A DNA stretch of 64,000 nt from Dehalococcoidia bacterium (GTDB taxonomy: Bacteria; Chloroflexota; Dehalococcoidia; UBA6926), in contig CBDCQG010000001.1 of NCBI GenBank assembly GCA_965220565.1, forward strand, positions 1,139,473-1,203,472, written 5' to 3'. Both the position numbers and the translations under genes were made by a program. How positions within the stretch are numbered: position 1 is the first letter of the stretch; each line of letters opens with the position of its first letter. This document shows positions 49,507-57,979 of this stretch, in pieces. The notes beneath the pieces are model-generated. The model searched no databases. It was not told the DNA's origin and saw nothing but the letters and a program-made list of their open reading frames with translations.

Positions 49507-51168
49507 CTAACTCTGCTTGGCCAGCGCCGCTGCGCGCTCCATCATGTCCGGCGGTGGCCCGAAGATCTGGAACGGGTTGGGCATGACGCCCAACGGCACC
49601 TCGATGAGCGCCGGCGCATCCGCCTTGAGGGCTTCTTCCACCTGCGTCGTCAACTGTTCCGGCGTCTCGGCCCGCCTGCCCTGCGCGCCGAACGCCTCCG
49701 CGAACTTCACAAAGTCCGGGTTATGCAGGTCGGACGCGATGAGGCGGTGGTTGAATGCGGTGTCCTGGGTGCGGCGGACGTTGCCGTACGCGCCATCATT
49801 GAACACCACTGTCACGAGGTTGATGCCATACCGGACGGCTGTTGACAGCTCTTGCGCGCCGTACAGGAAACCGCCGTCTCCGGAGATTGCGACGACGGGT
49901 CGATCCGGGTTGCCGACCTTGACGCCGAGCGCCGTGTTGAAACCGTATCCGAGCGTGCCCTGGTAGCCCGCGCCGATGTAGCTGCGCGGTGAATAGACCG
50001 GAAAGCCCTGGTTGGAGAAGTACCCGACCTGCGTGACCTCCGTCACGAAGATGCCCTCCTCCGGCAACGCCGTTCGAATCGCACCTGCGAACTCGGAAAC
50101 GGGCGACATGGACGCCAGCTTTTCCTGCACCGTGGCGCGGGCTGCGGCCATCTCGTCATCACGTGATTCACGCGACTTGTTGTGGCGTGGCACACGCCGA
50201 ATGAGATCGGCAAGCGCCACCTTCGCATCGGAAACGATGCCAAGATCCGGCGCGACATTCCTGTCCAGTTCGGACTCATCAATATCAACGTGGATGACTG
50301 TCTGATCCTCGTCCGTTGGATACGGATTGGGGCCGGGCATCACGAATCGCGTTCCCACCGCCAGCACGACGTCTGCGTTGGGCAGCAGGTCATAGGCAGC
50401 GATGGACGGCAGGGCCAGAGGGTGGCGGTCTGAAAGCGCGCCCCGTCCGTTCTGGGAAACAATCACCGGCGCGCCGAGCATCTCCGCCAGCTCCTGCACT
50501 TCCGCAGTCGCTTCGCTCGTGATGATCCCCCCGCCGACGAAGATCAATGGCCGCTCGGCGTTTCCGAGCGCCTGCGCCGCCTTTTCCAGCAGCTCCGGGT
50601 CTCCCTCGATCGCGCGGGGCATGCCGGGTTCATAGAACTCAACGTCGGTCTCTGTCATCAGGACATCCACCGGCACTTCAATCTCCACCGGGCGCGGCCT
50701 GCCGGACTTGAGTTGATAAAAGGCCTCATTGACCAGCCCCGGCACATCGGCAGCATCCATGGCGCGTCCGGCCCACTTGGTGACGGCGTCAATGGTCTCA
50801 AGCTGGTTCTTGATCTCATGCAGCGCGCCCCTGCCCTTGCCGAGATGGTGCGTGGGAATCTGTCCGGCAATGCAGAGCACGCGGGAGTTGGTGGCGTACG
50901 CGGTTGACAGCCCCGCCGCCGCGTTCAAGAGCCCCGGGCCCGGAACAACGAGGCAGACGCCGATCTTGCCGGTTGAGCGCGCGTAGCCGTCCGCCATGTA
51001 TGACGTGCCCTGCTCATGCCGGGTGTGAATCACGCGGATGGAGTCTTGTTCGTCATACAGCGCATCGAACGCCCAATCGAGCTGCACGCCCGGCAGTCCG
51101 AAGACCACCTCCACACCCTCGCGCTTGAGCGCTTGCACAAGAGCCTGTCCTCCGGTTAGACGCGGCAT
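49507..51168 (-). CDS. Thiamine-diphosphate-dependent enzyme, acetolactate-synthase-large-subunit-like
   Basis: A three-domain ThDP protein with a G-D-G...N ThDP motif (ISGDGGFLYGAQELSTA...NDGAYGNV). Confidence 0.75.
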   Translation of the reverse strand: MPRLTGGQALVQALKREGVEVVFGLPGVQLDWAFDALYDEQDSIRVIHTRHEQGTSYMADGYARSTGKIGVCLVVPGPGLLNAAAGLSTAYATNSRVLCIAGQIPTHHLGKGRGALHEIKNQLETIDAVTKWAGRAMDAADVPGLVNEAFYQLKSGRPRPVEIEVPVDVLMTETDVEFYEPGMPRAIEGDPELLEKAAQALGNAERPLIFVGGGIITSEATAEVQELAEMLGAPVIVSQNGRGALSDRHPLALPSIAAYDLLPNADVVLAVGTRFVMPGPNPYPTDEDQTVIHVDIDESELDRNVAPDLGIVSDAKVALADLIRRVPRHNKSRESRDDEMAAARATVQEKLASMSPVSEFAGAIRTALPEEGIFVTEVTQVGYFSNQGFPVYSPRSYIGAGYQGTLGYGFNTALGVKVGNPDRPVVAISGDGGFLYGAQELSTAVRYGINLVTVVFNDGAYGNVRRTQDTAFNHRLIASDLHNPDFVKFAEAFGAQGRRAETPEQLTTQVEEALKADAPALIEVPLGVMPNPFQIFGPPPDMMERAAALAKQS

Positions 51169-51253
51169 GATCCACCTACCTCCCGTGCGCCTGTCGCACC
51201 ATAGTGATCGTGAGTGTCATTATGACGCACATCGCTTGATGCCGCGCATCCAT

Positions 51254-52285
51254 TTAAGGAACGAGGAGCGGATGTTCCTCGGTGACGATCCACGTCTCCG
51301 CAGCCAACGCGTCTCGCAGCGGCTTTGGCAGCGAGAAGATGTGGCGATGCGTCATCCCGTCGTAATAGCGGAGGCTCACAGTGATGCGATCCGCGATGAG
51401 CGTGTCAACCCGCTCCGGTGCGAGTCCGGCAGGATCCTCGCCACTCTTCGACGCCAGCACAAAGCTCCACGCGCCGCCAAAGTCCATGATCACCGGGCTG
51501 TAGCCGGTGACGATCGGGAAGACGGAGTCCAGTGTGTGATAGAGGGCCGTGAATCCCCGCACGAGGTCAGTGAGCGCCTCGGGCTCATGGCTGTTGGCGT
51601 CCGTGGCCGGTCCCGCCGTCATGCCCGCGATGGCCGGGCCGGACTGCACAACGAGCGCGCCGTGGTCCGTCAGGCGTTCACTCGCCATGCGATAGAACTC
51701 CTGCGTATAGAGGCGGTAGGCAGGGCCGGCCTCCATCGGGTCCACGAGGTCGAGAATCATCACGTCGAACGGTTCCTCGGCGTTTTCAAGGTAGGCAAGC
51801 GCATCCTCATGACGCAGTTCGACGCGCGGATCGTCAAACGCCCCCTGGTGCCACGTGGGCAGATAGTGTTTGCAGAGGTCCACGACCTCTTCATCGAGGT
51901 CGACCATCACAACATGCTCAACGGAACGATGCCGCAGCACTTCCCTTAATGTGGCCCCTTCTCCGCCGCCGCCGATGAACACGCGGCGCGGCGCGGGGTG
52001 ATGGAGCATCACCGGATGAACAAGAGCCTCGTGATAGACGTACTCATCCGACTGGCTGGACTGCGTTTTGCCATCGAGGCGCAGGACACGGCCAAACGGC
52101 TCCGTGTCGAAAATCTCAACCTGCTGGTACCTGGTGCGGCCTGAATAGACGATGCTGCTGATGCGAGTCAGTTGATGGAGGGCAGGTGTGACGGCTTCCG
52201 TCGTCCACTCATTGCTGGAATACGGAAGCGCGTTTTGGCTGGCCGGACCGTTGTCCGCAGCCGGTTGATCAGGCGCCCGCGACAC
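51254..52285 (-). CDS. speE: Spermidine synthase / polyamine aminopropyltransferase
   Basis: VFIGGGGEGATLREVLRH and VVMVDLDEEVV. Confidence 0.8.
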   Translation of the reverse strand: MSRAPDQPAADNGPASQNALPYSSNEWTTEAVTPALHQLTRISSIVYSGRTRYQQVEIFDTEPFGRVLRLDGKTQSSQSDEYVYHEALVHPVMLHHPAPRRVFIGGGGEGATLREVLRHRSVEHVVMVDLDEEVVDLCKHYLPTWHQGAFDDPRVELRHEDALAYLENAEEPFDVMILDLVDPMEAGPAYRLYTQEFYRMASERLTDHGALVVQSGPAIAGMTAGPATDANSHEPEALTDLVRGFTALYHTLDSVFPIVTGYSPVIMDFGGAWSFVLASKSGEDPAGLAPERVDTLIADRITVSLRYYDGMTHRHIFSLPKPLRDALAAETWIVTEEHPLLVP

Positions 52286-52736
52286 CGGCGAAGTCGTGCT
52301 CCGAGCGAGCCACGGCGCTCAGGGACGGATCCAACTGGCCGCGCTGCAACGTGACAACCGACCGATCTTGAGAACGGAAAGCCTCGGCGATGTGCCGGGT
52401 AGCCTCATCGAGGCGTGACGTGTCGCCGCAGGTGAAGATGTCAACAGCGGCGTAACCGTGCTCCGGCCACGTGTGGATACAGATGTGAGATTCGGCGATG
52501 ATGACGACGCCGGTGACGCCCTGGGGGCTGAACTGGTGAAATGCGTGCCCGATAATGGTGGCGCCAATACGTTTTGCCGTGTCTATGAGCGTGGATTCAA
52601 CGATCTGCAGATCATCAAGCGCATTGGCATCACAATCGCGGAGTTCCACCAGCACATGCGTCCCTAGAGCATTCAATCTCACCTTCCCCCACATCAAGAT
52701 TTTTGGCGCAAGCGCCATTATACGGGCGGCGTTCAC
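52269..52736 (-). CDS. speH: S-adenosylmethionine decarboxylase proenzyme (class 1, pyruvoyl)
   Basis: ESHICIHTWPE processing/active-site motif. The true start is probably an internal Met at 52694 or 52718. Confidence 0.8.
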   Translation of the reverse strand: MNAARIMALAPKILMWGKVRLNALGTHVLVELRDCDANALDDLQIVESTLIDTAKRIGATIIGHAFHQFSPQGVTGVVIIAESHICIHTWPEHGYAAVDIFTCGDTSRLDEATRHIAEAFRSQDRSVVTLQRGQLDPSLSAVARSEHDFAGVAGA

Positions 52737-53054
52737 GCCGAATCAATAGGAAAAACACGCGTCCTGAGGCAAGGGCTCCTCTAATAAGACTGCGGCGGAA
52801 CGCTTGGGCGTTCCGCCGCATCTCTTTGGCACTTTCCCCTACCCTCGGGAAGCGCCTTTCCCCCATCCATCCTTTTGCGCGGGGAGATGGCTATGGGAGA
52901 AGGAGGAGTGAACCCACTTTAGCGAACGCACGTTCGCTTGTCAACCCTTTTTGGATGATTTGTTCCATTTTGGTCCGGGCATGACCTTGATTGGCAGGCA
53001 GAATCGGGCGCATAGTGGCGGCGCGGGCACGCGGGAATGACGGAGGATAGCATC

Positions 53055-54245
53055 ATGGATTTCAGTTACTCCGAGCAGGATGAGGCTCTCAAGCGAGAGG
53101 TGCAGGAGTTCGTGGAGGCAAACTGGCACTCCCCCTACGAGTCACACATCAATTCCGTCTATTCCTACGACGTCGATACGCCGGAGGATGAGGTACTGTT
53201 CCAGGAGTTCACGCGCAAGCTGGCCGACAAGGGCTGGTACACCATGCACTGGCCCCGTGAGTACGGCGGGCAGGCCGTTCCCTTCACGACGCAGATCGCC
53301 TACCGCGAAGAGATGGCCTACCGCGGCGCGCCCATCGCCCAGCCCGGCTTTGAAGCGCCCATGCTCATGTTCCACGGGCAGCCCTGGCAGAGAGACTTCT
53401 TCCTGCCAAAGATCGCCAGCGGCGAACTTATCTCATGGTCGCAGGGTTTCAGCGAGCCCAACGCGGGCGCCGACCTGGCAAACCTCCAGACTCGAGCCGT
53501 GCGTGACGGTGATGACTGGGTTGTCACAGGACAAAAAATCTGGAACAGCCAGGGGCACCATCCGTGGGTCGACTGGGGTCACTACCTGGTGCGGACGGAC
53601 CCGGACGCGCCGAAACACCGCGGCATTTCGTATCTCATCATCGACATGAACACGCCCGGAGTCGTCAAGCGACCCTTGATGGACGCGCTTGGACGACGGC
53701 GATGGAGCGAGATCTTTCTGGACAACGTCCGCGTTCCGTCTCGCAACGTCATCGGCGAGGAGAATCGCGGTTGGTACGCCGCCATGACGACGCTCTCCTT
53801 TGAACGCTCGCAGATCGAGGCCCCGGCGCGGCGGCTCCGCGACCTAGAGCGGTTCATCGATTACGCCCGCGAGGCCCGCGTCGACGGGGGTCGGCTTATC
53901 GACGACGCGCGAGCACGGCATCTGCTGGCAGAGGTGCGCATATTGATTGAGACCGGACGGATGCTCGCGCTGCAGGTGGCGTCGATCCAGAGCAAGGGCG
54001 AGGTCCCGATGATGGAGGCGGCGTTCTCCAAGCTCTTCCACGACGAGATGACGCCCCGGGTGTATGAGACGATCGCGCGGATACTCGGACAGGACTCCGC
54101 CATGACTGTCGGCGAGCCGCGCGCGCCGCTGGGCGGATACCCCGCCGTCAACTCCTACCTGAGCTGGATGAACCGTTTCGCCGGCGGCGGGCGTGAGATC
54201 CAGCTGAACATCATTGCACAACGGGGGCTAGGCCTCCCCCGCTAG
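53055..54245 (+). CDS. Acyl-CoA dehydrogenase family protein, paralog A
   Basis: WSQGFSEPNAGADL and DDWVVTGQKIWNS. The start is set at the second ATG (MDFSYSEQD), which aligns with paralog B (MDFRFTAED) and sits after GGAGGA. Confidence 0.8.
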   Translation: MDFSYSEQDEALKREVQEFVEANWHSPYESHINSVYSYDVDTPEDEVLFQEFTRKLADKGWYTMHWPREYGGQAVPFTTQIAYREEMAYRGAPIAQPGFEAPMLMFHGQPWQRDFFLPKIASGELISWSQGFSEPNAGADLANLQTRAVRDGDDWVVTGQKIWNSQGHHPWVDWGHYLVRTDPDAPKHRGISYLIIDMNTPGVVKRPLMDALGRRRWSEIFLDNVRVPSRNVIGEENRGWYAAMTTLSFERSQIEAPARRLRDLERFIDYAREARVDGGRLIDDARARHLLAEVRILIETGRMLALQVASIQSKGEVPMMEAAFSKLFHDEMTPRVYETIARILGQDSAMTVGEPRAPLGGYPAVNSYLSWMNRFAGGGREIQLNIIAQRGLGLPR

Positions 54246-54308
54246 ACAGCCACTTGCCCACTCAATGTAAACGGGCGCATAGTAGCGGCGATTGGGGGGT
54301 AAAGGCTT

Positions 54309-56720
54309 ATGGCTACAGATACTGCGCCGTTGAGCGGACTGCGCGTGCTGGAGATCGCGGGCGAACTCATTGAGCCTGTCGGGCGGCATCTCGTTGATCT
54401 CGGCGCGGACGTGACCCTTATCGAACCGCCGGGCGGCAGCCCGTCACGCCACATCGCGCCACACCCGACTCACCCAACAACCGAGCCGCGCAGCCTCTAT
54501 TTCCTGCGGTTCAACCTCGGCAAGCGCAGCGTCGTCCTCGACCTCGACACGGAAGAGGGCCTGACCGTCCTCCGGGAATCGCTGCTTCCGAACGCTGATG
54601 TCCTGATGACATCATTCAACCAGCAGGAACTGGAGTCGCGCGGCCTCGACCACGCCTCTCTCACGGCCATCAATCCCAACCTGATCCTGACCACCGTCAC
54701 GCCATACGGCCGTACGGGAATCCACTCAGGATTCGCGGGCAACGATTTCACTGCCGGGGCGGCAGGCGGCATGACATTCATGGAAGGAGAACGCGACGGC
54801 CTCCCCGCCGCGCAGCCGCACTACCAGGGTGTGCAGATGACGGCGCTGCACGCGGCATACGGCACGCTCCTGGCGTGGTGGCACGTGCGAAACGGCGGAC
54901 GCGGGCAAGAGGTGGATGTCTCTCTGCAGGACGTTGTGGCGCACGAGTATTTCAACCTGGTCTATTACGGTTCGTACGGCGAGATCGTCCAGCGCGTCGG
55001 CGGGCTGAGCGGCGGACGCCCCACCAACTACTTCCCCTGCTCCGACGGCTGGATACTGATGTCCCTCATCCTGCCGCACCAGTGGAAGGCGTTCGCGGAA
55101 TGGACTGAGGACCCGCTGATCATGGACGAGATGTTTGAGGATCAGGCGCTTCGGGCGGAGTCGGTTGAGTTTCTCGATGAGCGCATGTCCGAGTTCACGC
55201 GGTCGATGACCGTGCAGCAATTCCTTGAGGGTTCCATCCCGCGCCGGATTCCCGCCGGGCCGGTGAATGACATCGTCGGACTCATCAACCACCCGCACAC
55301 CATCGCGCGCAACGTCATGACGGAGGTTGACGACCCCGTCATCGGCGCGTACGCATCACAGGGCGCGCCGTTCAGACTGAGCCGCACGCCGTGGGAGATC
55401 AAGGGCCCTGCCCCAACCATCGGCCAGCACAACGACGATCTGGCAGCTATCTCTGCCCACCCGCACGAGAACGGCCATGTTTCGCCCGCAAACTCCGGCG
55501 CCGCTGAACGCGCGCTGCCGCTTGAGGGGATCCGCATCGTCGATCTGACGAAGTCGTGGGCGGGGCCGTACGGAGCGCGTTATTTGGCCGATTTCGGCGC
55601 GGAGGTCATCCGCATCGAGTCCACCAAGTTCCCCGAGGGACGCATCCTCGAGCAGGACGACTATGACGCCTGGCTCCGCTCCAACACCATGTATGCGGAG
55701 ATCAACCGCAACAAGTATTCCATCGCGCTCGATCTGCACTCGGATGAGGGCAAGGACATCTTCAGGAAACTGGTCGCCGAGAGCGACATCGTGCTCGAGA
55801 ATTTCCACTATGCCACCCTGCCCCGATGGGGCATGGCATACGACGACCTTAAAGAATTCAACCCGCGCATCATCGTGCTGAGCGCCCCCGGCTACGGCTA
55901 CGAGGGGCCGATCCGCGACTACTTTGCCTACGGCGGGTGCATCGGCGCGTTCGCGGGCATCTCAACGCTGTGGGGACATGCGGGTTCCGCCGTGAATGAG
56001 CGGCCCAAGCAGGCCTACACGGACTACGTGACGGCAGGTCATCTCGCCCTGTCCGTGATGGCCGCGCTTCATGAGCGCGAGCAGTCCGGCGAGGGGCAGC
56101 ACATCGAACTCACGCAGATCGACTCCGCCGCGGCCATGATGGGCACAGCCATCCTTGAACACACCATTAATGGAGAGACGCCGCAGCCCATCGGCAATCG
56201 CAGCCCGCATGCCGCGCCGCAGGGCGTGTATGCGTGCAGGGGCGATGACAAGTGGGTGGCCATCTCATGCGAGTCGGACGAGGAATGGCAGGCGCTGGCA
56301 AAACTCATGGGCATGGCGCTGCCGTCCGAGCTCCGTGAGAAGACCGCAACTGTGCAGTCGCGCCGCGAACTGCATGATGAAATCGACGACGCCATCGGCG
56401 AGTGGACGTCCGTCTGTACGCCGGGGCAGGTGATGCAGGCCTGCCAGAAGATTGGCGTCAAGGCAGCCATCGTCGCGTCCGGCGAGGATCTTTATCACGA
56501 CCCGCACCTGCGGTCGCGGGGGTACGTCGTGGAGATCGACCATCCGTGGCCGGGCAAGCTCCAGCACCCGGGCATGACCGTGCGGCTGACGCAGACGCCG
56601 GGGCAGGTGCGCCTGCCCGCGCCGCTCACGGGCCAACACACGGCGGAGGTGCTGGAGCACGTGCTCGGCATCACGAGCGATGAGGCAGAGGAACTGACAA
56701 AGGCCGGCGTGCTGGTCTAG
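54309..56720 (+). CDS. Tandem-fused double family III CoA-transferase (CaiB/BaiF x2)
   Basis: Two complete ~400-aa CoA-transferase modules. Each begins with GLRVLEIAG / GIRIVDLTKSWAG and contains the conserved Asp region. Confidence 0.8.
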   Translation: MATDTAPLSGLRVLEIAGELIEPVGRHLVDLGADVTLIEPPGGSPSRHIAPHPTHPTTEPRSLYFLRFNLGKRSVVLDLDTEEGLTVLRESLLPNADVLMTSFNQQELESRGLDHASLTAINPNLILTTVTPYGRTGIHSGFAGNDFTAGAAGGMTFMEGERDGLPAAQPHYQGVQMTALHAAYGTLLAWWHVRNGGRGQEVDVSLQDVVAHEYFNLVYYGSYGEIVQRVGGLSGGRPTNYFPCSDGWILMSLILPHQWKAFAEWTEDPLIMDEMFEDQALRAESVEFLDERMSEFTRSMTVQQFLEGSIPRRIPAGPVNDIVGLINHPHTIARNVMTEVDDPVIGAYASQGAPFRLSRTPWEIKGPAPTIGQHNDDLAAISAHPHENGHVSPANSGAAERALPLEGIRIVDLTKSWAGPYGARYLADFGAEVIRIESTKFPEGRILEQDDYDAWLRSNTMYAEINRNKYSIALDLHSDEGKDIFRKLVAESDIVLENFHYATLPRWGMAYDDLKEFNPRIIVLSAPGYGYEGPIRDYFAYGGCIGAFAGISTLWGHAGSAVNERPKQAYTDYVTAGHLALSVMAALHEREQSGEGQHIELTQIDSAAAMMGTAILEHTINGETPQPIGNRSPHAAPQGVYACRGDDKWVAISCESDEEWQALAKLMGMALPSELREKTATVQSRRELHDEIDDAIGEWTSVCTPGQVMQACQKIGVKAAIVASGEDLYHDPHLRSRGYVVEIDHPWPGKLQHPGMTVRLTQTPGQVRLPAPLTGQHTAEVLEHVLGITSDEAEELTKAGVLV

Positions 56721-56737
56721 GGGAGATTGGGGGAGCG

Positions 56738-57928
56738 ATGGATTTCAGATTCACTGCCGAGGATCAGCAGTTGCGCGACGAGGTAAAGAACTTCGTCGAG
56801 AGCGAGTGGGACGCGCAAGGCATCGACTCGTTCAGCAACTCCGTCTATTCCTATGACGTCCACCACGTCGAGGACGACCGGCGCATCCATGAGTACACGA
56901 AGAAGCTTGCCGACCGCGGCTGGTACACCATGCACTGGCCGGAGGAGTTCGGCGGGCAGAACGCGCCGCTGAGCCGCGTGCTGGCCTACCGCGAGGAGGC
57001 CGCCTATCGCGGCTCGCCCGTCACCACGCCAACCTTCTTTGCCCACACGCTCATGTACTACGGGCAGGACTGGCAGAAGGAAGAGATACTCGGCAAGATC
57101 GCGAGCGGCGAGCTGATCAACTTCTCGCAGGGGTTCAGCGAGCCGAACGCCGGGGCGGACCTCGGCAGCCTGCAGACGCGCGCCGTGCAGGACGGCGACG
57201 ATTGGGTCATCACCGGCCAGAAGATCTGGAACACCGGCGGGCACATGGCGGACATCGGCCACTACCTCGTGCGCACCGACCCACAGGCGCCCAAGCACCG
57301 CGGCATCTCCTATTTCATTGTTGATATGCACGACCCCGGAATCACGCTCAGGCCGTTGTTCGATGCTCTCGGAAAACAGCGATGGGTTGAGGTGTTCCTG
57401 GACGGCGCGCGCGTGCCCTCACGCAACCTGGTTGGTGAACTGAATCGCGGCTGGTATGCCGCCATGACGAACATGTCGTTTGAGCGGTCGAACGTCGAGG
57501 CCCCGTCGTACCGCCTCCGCGACCTCGAAAATTTTTTGGACTATGCCCGTGAGACGCGCCTGTCGGACGGCAGTCTTATCCTTGACGATCCCATCGCGCG
57601 GCACGTTCTGGCGGACGCGCGGGTGCTGATCGAGCTTGGGCGGATGATCTCGTACCAGGTGGCGTGGATCCAGAGCAAGGGCGAGGTTCCGGCGATGGAG
57701 TCGGCGTTCTCCAAGTTGTTCCACGACGAGATGACGCCCACCGTGTTCGGGTCGCTGAACCGCCTGCTGCGGGAGTCCGGCATCTTCAACGTGGGTGACC
57801 CGCGCGCGCCGATGAACGGCTACCCACAGGTGAACTCCTACCTGAGCTGGATGAACCGCTTCGCCGGCGGCGGCCGGGAGATCGAGCTGAATATCATCGC
57901 GCAACGGGGGTTGGGTTTGCCGCGGTAG
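56738..57928 (+). CDS. Acyl-CoA dehydrogenase family protein, paralog B
   Basis: FSQGFSEPNAGADL. The C-terminus NSYLSWMNRFAGGGREIELNIIAQRGLGLPR is nearly identical to paralog A. Confidence 0.8.
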   Translation: MDFRFTAEDQQLRDEVKNFVESEWDAQGIDSFSNSVYSYDVHHVEDDRRIHEYTKKLADRGWYTMHWPEEFGGQNAPLSRVLAYREEAAYRGSPVTTPTFFAHTLMYYGQDWQKEEILGKIASGELINFSQGFSEPNAGADLGSLQTRAVQDGDDWVITGQKIWNTGGHMADIGHYLVRTDPQAPKHRGISYFIVDMHDPGITLRPLFDALGKQRWVEVFLDGARVPSRNLVGELNRGWYAAMTNMSFERSNVEAPSYRLRDLENFLDYARETRLSDGSLILDDPIARHVLADARVLIELGRMISYQVAWIQSKGEVPAMESAFSKLFHDEMTPTVFGSLNRLLRESGIFNVGDPRAPMNGYPQVNSYLSWMNRFAGGGREIELNIIAQRGLGLPR

Positions 57929-57979
57929 CGATTACCGAGGTTCTATCCTAATTCGCATCTACTCCCCACAGACCGACAT

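Noticed and set aside
53037-53054. First ATG of the ACAD-A ORF
   Set aside because: The second ATG (53055) gives MDFSYSEQD, which aligns with paralog B (MDFRFTAED) and follows a GGAGGA Shine-Dalgarno. The first ATG lies inside the GGGAATGACGG motif.
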